Of a stretch of DNA of 32,000 bases, positions 9,646 to 18,700 are shown piece after piece. The stretch's first letter is position 1. Each line of letters opens with the position of its first letter. A program made the position numbers and the translations under genes. The notes beneath the pieces were generated by a model that was given only the letters and a program-made list of their open reading frames with translations, ran no database searches and had not been told where the DNA came from. This stretch comes from Wallemia ichthyophaga EXF-994 (taxonomy: Eukaryota; Fungi; Basidiomycota): the NCBI RefSeq assembly GCF_000400465.1, contig NW_008806284.1, forward strand, positions 150,001 through 182,000. Direction: 5' to 3'.

Positions 9646-9682
9646 TTTATACGTTGATGATGGCTGTTGGTTGTCAACGTCG

Positions 9683-10873
9683 ATGAGCCTCTTACCTCAT
9701 AACGCTTTCTACAACGCATCGAGGTATCGTAACAGCAATTCCATAAAGCTAGCTGGCTTGACTGGCGGTGATCTTGATATCCGTGGTGATAGTGATGGCG
9801 ACACACACACACAAACAACCGCACCAACTCACCCTGCCATCTCCACTACCACCGCGACCCGTTCCCTTTCTTCTGTTTCTTCTACTCCCCCTCCAGACTT
9901 CTCTAGCTCCCCTCGAACCATCCCCATCCGCAGAAACAACCGTCTTCTGCGCAACTACCAGCTATCCCCCGCCAATCTACGTTTCTGTTGCTCTGGCCAT
10001 ATTGTTACCAGCAAAGACAACCCAATTCCCTTCATCTGTTCCATTTTCCTCGTTTTGGCCATCCCCGCTGTCTTCTTTGGTCGGATAGGCGTTGACTTAT
10101 GGTACACGCTCTCCCCCGCCGTACCTATCATAGCTGCGTATTTAACCCTTTTAGTCTGGTGCTCCATGTTCAAAACTGCCTTTGCAGATCCAGGTGTTCT
10201 ACCCGTCGACATTGACAAGAACGCTGTCGACACATTCCCCCGCGATGTTTCTCTGCGCCATACGCATTTCCTCTCACTCAAATACTGCGAAACGTGCCAC
10301 ATATATCGCCCTCCACGCGCGAGTCACTGTCGTCTCTGCAACAGCTGCGTCGACGGTATAGACCACCACTGCTCCTTCCTCAACATATGCATAGGACGAC
10401 GCAACTACCCGTCTTTCCTAACTTTCTGCGGTCTGACAGTGGTGACACTCGCTTACTACACCGCCTTCGCTGCGGTGCACCTCTACCAACTTACGCAGGA
10501 CACGCGCGTGTCGACCTCGCAGTCCTTCGGTGGGGCATTGCGTCAGGATCCCGCTAGTGCCGTCGTGTTCGTAGTTGCAATACTCTTTCTCATTCCCCTC
10601 GCTTTCCTTCTCGCTTACCACGCACGTCTCACTCTCATCAATAGCACCACTATCGAACAGCTTCGAGAGAAGGCTGTCGATAGGGCTAGGAAGGATGGTG
10701 AGCTAGGAGGTGGAGGTGAGAACCCATTTGTTGGTGACGATTCTAACCCTTTTTCCCTTGGCCCTGTCGCTAATGTCCAGTGGATGGCTTTTCGCCCTGG
10801 CTCCAATTATTCCCATGCACGCTTCTCGGCGGTTGCTCAACGCGATGCTAGAAGGGGTGGTGGAGGTGTTTAA
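9683..10873 (+). CDS. ERF2: DHHC palmitoyltransferase, Erf2 type
   Basis: CETCHIYRPPRASHCRLCNSCVDGIDHHCSFLNICIGRRNY cysteine-rich domain, four TM helices, ADPG and TTIEQL motifs, ENPF...NPF tail. Start placed at the first ATG outside the MED21 CDS. Confidence 0.9.
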   Translation: MSLLPHNAFYNASRYRNSNSIKLAGLTGGDLDIRGDSDGDTHTQTTAPTHPAISTTTATRSLSSVSSTPPPDFSSSPRTIPIRRNNRLLRNYQLSPANLRFCCSGHIVTSKDNPIPFICSIFLVLAIPAVFFGRIGVDLWYTLSPAVPIIAAYLTLLVWCSMFKTAFADPGVLPVDIDKNAVDTFPRDVSLRHTHFLSLKYCETCHIYRPPRASHCRLCNSCVDGIDHHCSFLNICIGRRNYPSFLTFCGLTVVTLAYYTAFAAVHLYQLTQDTRVSTSQSFGGALRQDPASAVVFVVAILFLIPLAFLLAYHARLTLINSTTIEQLREKAVDRARKDGELGGGGENPFVGDDSNPFSLGPVANVQWMAFRPGSNYSHARFSAVAQRDARRGGGGV

Positions 10874-10900
10874 GTGTGGCTCTAGCTGCTCTGGTTACTT

Positions 10901-10956
10901 TCATTACCCTGATTACACTCATTACCCTCATTACCCTCACCAACCCACTCATTACC
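10901..10956. repeat. Degenerate 9-bp tandem repeat (TCATTACCC) downstream of the ERF2 stop
   Basis: tcattaccc tgattacac tcattaccc tcattaccc, plus a further tcattacc copy at 10949. Confidence 0.7.
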
Positions 10957-11123
10957 ATAGAATTGTACTATCTATATCTGCGATACCTACCATTCCTACA
11001 CTAATACAACATTTAATGCGCAATAACCCAAAATTAAAATTTGCTACATCGCGTCATAGGAGATTGACGCGTCGCGTCGCGCGTTGACCAACACAACGAA
11101 AGAAGCGAGAGAAAGGGGGAAGA

Positions 11124-12002
11124 ATGAGCGAGAAGGCAGTAAACGCGAACAGCAACAATAGCGCCATCAACTACGCAAATTATGCATCAGAATTCCTCAC
11201 GTGCCATCTAGGCTACACGCCGCTGGCGCTAGTGGACGACTATGTGAACCACTTCAATGAGCCGGTGGGGGGGATAATGGATGCGATAGAAGATTTCTTC
11301 GTTGCGCTGCTAGCTGAGCAGGGGCTGGACCTCGATGGGGATGGGCGCGTACAGGGCGAGGTGCGCGCGGGCATACACCGTCTTCAAACCCTCCTCGAGC
11401 ATCTAATCGATAAGAACGTAGACAAACTCGAGATATACCTCCTCCGCAACATCCTCACTCTCCCCTCTGAGCTCGCGTGCGTTCCCACCGCGTTTCTCCC
11501 TCACTACCGGGAGCTGGATCTGGAGGCGGCGGGCCAAGGCGCAGACGACCACGATTCCGACACAAACGCGCTGGAAATAAGCCTGGATGGCAAACGGGGC
11601 GAATTGGCTAGGCTGGAGAAGATTAACCGGCGTTTACGCGCAGTCGAGAGGGGGAAGAAGCGCACTGTGGATCGCTCGCTTGCTCAATCTACCCACCGTA
11701 AAGCCCTCCTCGCCCAACTAGCAAGCGTCGCCGACAGACACGTCACCCTCGCTGCTAATGTCCGCTCCATGCATAGCTCCCACCTCCTCCTCAAGGATGC
11801 TGAGCCATTTGGTGTCGTTTTGGGTGGTGCGCAGGATCCACAGGATTCACAGCACTCCTCCCATCCCTGGCAATCCGGTCGCATCGGCTACCTTAATTGG
11901 CAGACTAGCCGGCTCGTGAGCGACGAAGGCGTCGGGTTCGTCAAGGGCCAGCTCGAGCACGTCGCTGCAGTTGGCGATTTACAGCGGTTGCTCGGTGTTT
12001 GA
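11124..12002 (+). CDS. MIS12: Kinetochore protein Mis12/Mtw1, 292 aa
   Basis: LTCHLGYTPLALVDDYVNHFNE and GIHRLQTLLEHLIDKNVDKLEIYLLRNILTLP are the Mis12 domain hallmarks, followed by a coiled coil. Confidence 0.9.
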   Translation: MSEKAVNANSNNSAINYANYASEFLTCHLGYTPLALVDDYVNHFNEPVGGIMDAIEDFFVALLAEQGLDLDGDGRVQGEVRAGIHRLQTLLEHLIDKNVDKLEIYLLRNILTLPSELACVPTAFLPHYRELDLEAAGQGADDHDSDTNALEISLDGKRGELARLEKINRRLRAVERGKKRTVDRSLAQSTHRKALLAQLASVADRHVTLAANVRSMHSSHLLLKDAEPFGVVLGGAQDPQDSQHSSHPWQSGRIGYLNWQTSRLVSDEGVGFVKGQLEHVAAVGDLQRLLGV

Positions 12003-12135
12003 GAGGGATGTACTATGTCGTATTCGCTAGACTGCTAGATTGTAACATGATTGCTTGAGATTGTTGTATGTATTTATAACTTTATTTGATTACATTTGAT
12101 TCTGTTCATCTGTAGCCCGAGTTTTATCTATCGTA

Positions 12136-13626
12136 ATGACGCCGACGCCGACGCCGACTCGAAAACGGAAAGCACCGCCCGGTCCACTCTACGTGGTGCG
12201 CTCACACGAGCACAGCGTCACGCAGGTATCGCTCGCGCCCACAGCGCACCACCTCGTCAGCGGGGATGACGGGGGAGGTGTGTGCATCACGTCTCTGCGC
12301 ACCATGCGCTGCGTGCGGCAATGGGCGGCTCACAGCGACAGTGTCCTCACTTTGCAGTGGCTAGATAACTACACGCTTCTCTCACACGGCCGAGATAATC
12401 TGGTTAAGGTTTGGAGCGTGTCTGGGGCGTGCGGTGACAGCGACGACAACAACGACAACAACGACAGCGACGACACATACACTCCACCTCCCCTAACGCA
12501 CGAGTTTCACGTCAATGCACTCAATTTTTGTAATGTCAGTGCGTGCACGGTGCAGACACAGACACATGCACAGACACAGGCACAAACGCTCTGGGTAGCA
12601 GCTCCACATCTGGCAGATTCAGCGAGGGTGAGTGCCAAGTGCCAAGTGCTAAATGGGCACAGCGAGCACTCTGACGGAGACGCGCACACGCAAGCACATA
12701 CTCACACACGCTCACACACGCACAGATTGATGTCTGGGAGTTACCATCGACGAAACGCGTACACCGCTCCATTGGTGTGGGTGAAATTAGCCACTTTCAC
12801 TATCCAGACGGTCGCGGCGAAGCTAAGACAGGTGGGTGAAGTGTTGGAGTGGTTGAGCGGCTTTGCGAGGCGCATCTCACCCTTTCCTCGCATTTTATAT
12901 CTCACCCTCTCTCCACAGGTCTCTGCATGGCGCTGGAGATGTATGAATATAGTCAGTGTCGGCAGCACGAGCAAGAGCAGGAGCACACACCCTCTCTCAG
13001 ACTGCTGGCGGCTTACGAAGACGGCAGCTTGGTGCTTTTTGAACTGGGTCACTCTCGCTGGATCCAGCTCTGGCGCGTGCGTTTGCACAACGAGGCTAGT
13101 AAGTGGGGCTGTTATCAGCCGAGCTGAGCTGAGCGTCTTGGCGCCGTTGCTGACTTCTCGCTCAGTCATGGACTTGTGCGTCACAAGCGATAAGCGTTAC
13201 GCGTATACTGTCAGTGTCGATAGGTGTGTTGCCAAGTATGATTTGAGGGATGGGCGAGATGTGCAAGACGTGCAAAGGGTGCCAAAGGTGCAGCATAAAC
13301 AAAGCACTTCAGAGATACCCCTCGCAACCCCTCTCACACACTCCTACACCACCAAATCGAATGGCCATTCGAGCATTAGCGTGCGCATGGATGGGAGGGT
13401 GCTCGCTGTTGGCTGCTGGAACGGTAGTGTCGAGCTGTATTCAACCAAAAGCATGAAACTCGTTGGTGTACTGGATATGCATCGCCAGTCTGTGTCAGCG
13501 TTGACCTTTTCGACTGTCAACTCACGTGATATACTTGATGACGGCATTATTGAGGCTCCTCTAAACGCACTTCTAGTCACTGGTGGTCGTGATGAGCGGG
13601 TAGCTATCTACGAGATTGACTTGTGA
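12136..13626 (+). CDS. ASA1: ASTRA-associated WD40 protein Asa1 (GNB1L family), about 412 aa spliced; introns 12628-12725, 12832-12918, 13099-13165
   Basis: PLYVVRSH, LLSHGRDNLVKVW, VNALNFC; the spliced exons read IDVWELPSTKRVH...KTGLCMAL...LLAAYEDGSL; C-terminus SISVRMDGRVLAVGCWNG...LVTGGRDERVAIY. Confidence 0.85.
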   Translation: MTPTPTPTRKRKAPPGPLYVVRSHEHSVTQVSLAPTAHHLVSGDDGGGVCITSLRTMRCVRQWAAHSDSVLTLQWLDNYTLLSHGRDNLVKVWSVSGACGDSDDNNDNNDSDDTYTPPPLTHEFHVNALNFCNVSACTVQTQTHAQTQAQTLWVAAPHLADSARVSAKCQVLNGHSEHSDGDAHTQAHTHTRSHTHRLMSGSYHRRNAYTAPLVWVKLATFTIQTVAAKLRQVGEVLEWLSGFARRISPFPRILYLTLSPQVSAWRWRCMNIVSVGSTSKSRSTHPLSDCWRLTKTAAWCFLNWVTLAGSSSGACVCTTRLVSGAVISRAELSVLAPLLTSRSVMDLCVTSDKRYAYTVSVDRCVAKYDLRDGRDVQDVQRVPKVQHKQSTSEIPLATPLTHSYTTKSNGHSSISVRMDGRVLAVGCWNGSVELYSTKSMKLVGVLDMHRQSVSALTFSTVNSRDILDDGIIEAPLNALLVTGGRDERVAIYEIDL

Positions 13627-13671
13627 ACGCTGAAAGATGTAAAATATGTATGTGAATATGTACAGGTATCC

Positions 13672-13728
13672 ATGTGTCCATGAGTGAATGTGTCCATGAG
13701 TGAATGTGTGTGTGTGTGTGTGCGTGTG
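13672..13728. repeat. 16-bp direct repeat (ATGTGTCCATGAGTGA x2) followed by a (TG)9 microsatellite, between convergent stop codons
   Basis: Read directly: copies at 13672-13687 and 13688-13703; TG run at 13705-13722. Confidence 0.85.
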
Positions 13729-13798
13729 TTGTGGTTGTTGACCGTCGTCTATTGGGAGTCCTGGAAAAGTGAGACAAAGATATAAAAACCACGTCAAA

Positions 13799-14328
13799 TT
13801 AATGTATCTCGTCATGCGAGTTCTGGCTGCTTCTTAGCAGATTGGATTGAGAGTGGTTGTTGTTGTTGCCGAATAGCGGTGCCACAAATTCATCGAGGAG
13901 GAGAGTGGAGTTGGGTCTAGTAGGTGAGTAGAGTGTTTCTGGTCTCGGGAGGTAGTTGTTGTCCGTTTTGATACGCGGGAGTGGCCTCGGTAGTCGTTGC
14001 TCGAGGTCAATAGCGCTGTCTTTGCTGTGCTCACTCCCGTCGCTGCCCTTCTCCACCACCTCTTCCACATTCTCGCGCCTGGTATTTGGTTTCCTCTTGT
14101 TGAAGCCGCGATAGAAGTTGTCTGGATCTGATGCATGTTAGCATAGCGGCCAACATAATTCGCCTGATACTCACAATACGACTGACTGTCCTTATGGTGC
14201 TTCGGCGTGCGCTTGACATATTGCTGCACGCCCCACATTACCAACATCAGAAAGAGGAGGATACCTACGATAATAGCAACAATTATCGCGGGGAAGTACT
14301 TGTTGTCTGGATTTGTCACGTCGCCCAT
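13799..14328 (-). CDS. Hypothetical single-pass membrane protein, 160 aa; intron 14128-14174
   Basis: ATG, then a TM helix (YFPAIIVAIIVGILLFLMLVMWGV) followed by basic residues. A canonical GTGAGT...GCTAAC...CAG 47-nt intron joins the 13834-14328 and 13799-14068 ORF frames into a disordered tail. Confidence 0.75.
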
Positions 14329-14665
14329 TTAATTTATCAATGCAACTTGGACGCACGCTCTTGAGGACGTGAATATCGGACGCGGTAATTGGTAATTTTT
14401 TTGACAAAAAGCGTATTTCAGCGGCTGTAGAGTGGTTTAGGGTGTTATTGACAGTTTATTTGTACTATACGCGTGCTTTCCATTCGGGGCTTTTTGGAAA
14501 TTTGTTTGGCTAAAAATGGAAGGCGGTGATCTACACGCGGATATAAACGCTAATCTATGCGCTGACCACTTCCACTCAATACTTTTCCATCTTTGAGGAC
14601 ATGAGGACGCCGCCTTAACTTTGTAACTGAATTGGATCGGTGTCAGTGCGTAATTGTGTGAGTGC

Positions 14666-15507
14666 ATGAATATGGACTATTATACCACGTGCAACACTCT
14701 TCTCAAGGTATTCTGGGTTCTCGGGCCATTTGCTTTATTCTACGATGCCCCATTTGGAAGATTTGGGGATGGTGCTAGCAGGTTTAGCCTGAATGGTGGG
14801 TATGGGTGTGGTTTACTCTCCTCTAACCAGCCACAGGCAGAATTACATGGTTTATAATGGAGTTGCTGTCGCCGCTGTCTTTCGTAGCAGCTGTGGGCAC
14901 TAGTGTTAGTACTCCACTCAACACCCTTCAAACCACAGCCACAGCCCTCTTCCTCGCACATTACCTCAATAGAGCTGTAATCTACCCACTTCTGAGCCCC
15001 TCTTCATCCCCATCCCACTTGCTGGTACTTGTATCTGCAGCCACATTCAACATAGCCAATGGCAGCCTGCAGGGGAAATATATAGCCGAACTAGATGTTT
15101 TTGATGGATTCGGCCGCATTGGTGTATTTGGAATACTCCTTACGCTGCTTGGATTCGCTGGAAACGTCTACCACGATTCAATACTCTTCAAGATAAAGAG
15201 GGAGTGTAACGGCGGCTATGAAATTCCCCAGCGTGGCCTATTCAAACATATCAGCTATCCAAATTACTTTTGGTGGGTGCTGTGTGTTTACCAGGTTACG
15301 TCACTAACCAACACAACCAGCGAATGGATCGAATGGTCGGGATACGCACTATTCACCCACTCTACAAGCACAAAAGATCCTCCAATCATGTTCATAATCG
15401 CTCTCCTCGCTACAATGGCCCCACGCGCATACAAAGGTCATCAGTGGTACAAATCCAACTTCAAGTACCCAGAATCGCGCAAGATTGTAATCCCGTGGCT
15501 CTTTTAA
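14666..15507 (+). CDS. 3-oxo-5-alpha-steroid 4-dehydrogenase (SRD5A/DET2-like) membrane reductase, 250 aa; introns 14796-14836, 15273-15320
   Basis: Spliced protein has APFGRF, LNGRITWFIMELLSP, HYLNRAVIYP, FNIANGSLQ, NVYHDSIL, YEIPQRGLFKHISYPNYFCEWIEW and PRAYKGHQWYKSNF-KYPESRKIVIPWLF, the SRD5A1/2 pattern. Confidence 0.9.
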
Positions 15508-15592
15508 GTGGCCACGTACAAATAAATTGATTTATCACCAAATGTCCTCTTGCACCTTTACGCCAATCATCCATCTCAACAAATCCTAAGAA

Positions 15593-17182
15593 ATGGCTGT
15601 GCCAGTTGAAAAAGAGGAGGCTGCTGCTAATACGCAGGCTCCCACTCAAACTACCCCGCCAAATCTCCTCAGCGCGCCTCCTTCCCGCTTCGAGAAGCCA
15701 GCCGGCGTAAATACGACAAAGTGGGCAAACGCAGCTCAGGCGCACACCCACAGCTAACAACTCCGCAGCTTTCCAGGACATGCCAATCCGCCACTTCCTA
15801 TCGAGGGCAACGGCTACTTCAGCAATGCGCAATTCATCGCTCTTATCATCGCTGTGCCATACTTGCTCAAGCGCTTGATTCCCTACTTTAACACTGGCTT
15901 CAAGACCTACGTATTCCTCTTCATCCTCACTGGTCCCTTCTCCGCTATCGCGTATTGGACTGTCATGTCCACCTACGGTCCACGCAAGAACGACAAGGTG
16001 GCCCTTCCTAACCGTCCAATTGAAGAATACCTCGATATCAAGGACCCTGAAATGAAGCAGCACTTCCACGGCCACAACAAGATCAATTACCAGCAATTTC
16101 ACGACGCTTACTTTGAAGGCAAAATCGATGTAAAGGGCGACATGCTCGACACCCTCGAATACCGCCACGACTGGGCAACCTTCAACTTCACCCCTAAACT
16201 CTTCAAGTATGTTGTTTTCAAGATGCTCCCTGACGTCATCTTCCACTCCCAATCACAAGACGAAGATCAGATCCAGGATGTGTACGACCGCGGTGATGAC
16301 TTCTACGAATGGTTCCTCGGCCCCCGTATGGTATACACTAGTGGCATGGTTCGCGACACCACCCGCGCTGAGACACTCGAAGAGCTCCAGGACAACAAGC
16401 TCAGTATGGTATGCGAGAAGCTAGACTTGCAGAAGGGTGATAGGATGCTTGATGTGGGATGTGGATGGGGCACTCTCGCAGCGTTCGCTGCTAAAAACTT
16501 TGATGCGGACGTCACTGGAATCACACTCTCCAAGAACCAGGCGGCCTTTGGTAACGAACGTATAGCAAAGAATGGCATTTCCTCTGAGCAGGCTAGGGTG
16601 CTCAATAAGGACTACCGTGATATCCCACGCAACACTTTCAATAAAATCAGCTGCCTCGAGATGGCTGAGCATGTCGGTATTCGTCGCTACGCCTCTTTCT
16701 TGAATGACATTTACAACCTCCTCGACGACGACGGCGTGATGGTTTTCCAGGTTGCTGGATTGCGTCCTCATTGGCAGTACGAGGATCTCGTCTGGGGGTT
16801 GTTTATGAACGAGTACATCTTCCCTGGTGCTGACGCATCTTGCTCGCTCGGCTGGGTCGTCAATCAGCTTGAAAACGCTGGTTTCGAGGTAAAATCGATC
16901 GATGTTCTCGGTGTGCACTACTCGGTCACTATATTGAGATGGTACAATAACTGGATCGCCAATAAGGACAAGGTGATAGAGAAGTACGGTGAGAAGTGGT
17001 TTAGAATCTGGACATTCTTCCTCGCTTCCTCAATTATCATTGCCAGGAACGGCGGGTCGTCGGTGTTCCAGATTACCGTACATAAGAACCTCAACGCTAC
17101 GCGTCGTGTCGATGGCATTGCTAGCCACCACGCTCCTATGAACCGGTTCAAACCATCTTATGCGTCTGTGGCTTCGGAGTAG
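15593..17182 (+). CDS. MTS1: Sphingolipid C9-methyltransferase (cyclopropane fatty acid synthase family), 513 aa; intron 15721-15768
   Basis: N-terminal TM hairpin; DVYDRGDDFYEWFLGPRMVYTSG, SAM motif MLDVGCGWGTL, CLEMAEHVG, WGLFMNEYIFPGADASC, and QITVHKNLNATRRV. Confidence 0.92.
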
Positions 17183-17277
17183 ATAGTTTACGTGCTGCTA
17201 TCATGTATACGAATCTATATTACAAGATTATTCTATAGGTGTGCTATAGAAATCATGTCAAGGTGTTATTAGGTATT

Positions 17278-18621
17278 TCATTTATGCACCAATCCATCAC
17301 ACCATTTGAATATATCCTCCCATATCTCACTCCTCTGACTTTCATTCCAGTAGCCCAAGATGAGAAGATCGTGTACACCATCTGTGGCGACATTAGTAGT
17401 GAGATCTACTTTATTGCGTTCCATGCGCTCCACTAGGACCTTTATCTCATCTTCCAGCCGCTCGGCAGTACCGTAAGAGACAAAAGCGGGCGGGAACTTG
17501 TCGAAGAGGTCCTCCTCATCCTTGAGGTGCTGTGACGATGGACTGATGTACGGTGAGTGTACGGATATGTGCTGCGGCAGAATACTGTGCCTGAGGCTCT
17601 TCCTTCGCTTGTCGTCTCCTCGCTGCTTGAACAGAGATTTGTTGATGAATGTATGAGATTGTTGTTGTGTGCAAGTGGGGCAGCCTTGCCCGTTTCCGGC
17701 CGTACATCCGATGAAGGACTCAATTATGATAGCGCGCGGCATTGGCGTGTCCATGAGATAGTCAGCCCCTGCATTCGGACGCTTCCTCTTAGCAACTGGA
17801 TCGAATGGGTAGCTGAAAGAAGGATCACACCATGGCGATAGCAGTAGTAGGCCGGCTGGTGTATCATGCAATCTCTCATCGCGTATAAATCTCCCCAATG
17901 CCAACGCAAGATTTCCACCGGCGGAATCACCAATAATCACTATCCGCGAAGGAGGCACTTTGCGTTGGTTGATGAGATTGTCAAAAACACTGGCAACATC
18001 GAGCAGCGCACCGGGAAATGCACTGTGATGGATAAGTCGATATTCCACAGAGTGTATCTCGAGAAAAGACCCTGCCTCCATTAGCCGCTTCGGGATGATG
18101 GACGTTGAACAGTTCTCGTCGGCGGACATGTGCACATAAGCACCCCCGTGTATAGCAATACCCACTAGAGGGAGAGTGGCAGATTCCATCTCAGCGCCAT
18201 TGCGATCCCGATCGCGCTCATCCTCACGGTCGTCATATGTCTTATCGTGGCGATGACGCGGCCAAATGTATGTACCCACTTTGGAATGGGTATCCTGGCC
18301 ATCTACATCGAGCACTCCTATCTGCTTCTCGATGGGCAATGTTGGTACGAATTTGAAGTAGGTGTGTTTGCCATGCCTGCCAAATGAGAAAGGGTCCTTC
18401 ACATGGAAAGAGAGGTTTGAAAGCTCAGTCATTCTGTGCATCCTCTGTAGAAACTTGACAGATATGGCTTGCATAATACTCCATGTAGGGCGTGGTCGGT
18501 TACGCTTGGACAGGAAGGTGACAGCATGGATAGGCACCATCAGCAGCGCGACAGAGACCATGTAAGCGCAGTAGAATACGCGCATTACGCTCCCCGAGTA
18601 CTTCAAATGGGGGTGGCGCAT
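17278..18621 (-). CDS. Hormone-sensitive-lipase-family alpha/beta hydrolase (esterase/lipase), about 447 aa, intronless
   Basis: Oxyanion motif HGGAYV, nucleophile IGDSAGGNLAL, LLLSPWCD, acid region GTAERLEDE, catalytic His in DGVHD; N-terminal hydrophobic segment. The ORF-track start (18669) is a TTG; the first ATG is at 18621. Confidence 0.9.
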   Translation of the reverse strand: MRHPHLKYSGSVMRVFYCAYMVSVALLMVPIHAVTFLSKRNRPRPTWSIMQAISVKFLQRMHRMTELSNLSFHVKDPFSFGRHGKHTYFKFVPTLPIEKQIGVLDVDGQDTHSKVGTYIWPRHRHDKTYDDREDERDRDRNGAEMESATLPLVGIAIHGGAYVHMSADENCSTSIIPKRLMEAGSFLEIHSVEYRLIHHSAFPGALLDVASVFDNLINQRKVPPSRIVIIGDSAGGNLALALGRFIRDERLHDTPAGLLLLSPWCDPSFSYPFDPVAKRKRPNAGADYLMDTPMPRAIIIESFIGCTAGNGQGCPTCTQQQSHTFINKSLFKQRGDDKRRKSLRHSILPQHISVHSPYISPSSQHLKDEEDLFDKFPPAFVSYGTAERLEDEIKVLVERMERNKVDLTTNVATDGVHDLLILGYWNESQRSEIWEDIFKWCDGLVHK

Positions 18622-18700
18622 TGTTATGACAAACGATGATGATGATTGGGGTGAAAAATGGCGCTCCAAGATTCTGAGTCATTCTTACAAACTCGCACCC

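Noticed and set aside
9587-9682. Hydrophobic N-terminal extension of ERF2 in the ORF track
   Set aside because: It starts inside and antisense to the MED21 CDS; the ATG at 9683 is more plausible.
10901-10956. TTACCC-containing repeat as an interstitial telomere remnant
   Set aside because: The unit is a 9-mer (TCATTACCC), not TTAGGG/CCCTAA, and has few copies.
15461-16252. 263-aa antisense ORF over the C9-methyltransferase
   Set aside because: Shadow ORF expected from biased codon usage on the sense strand; no recognisable motifs.
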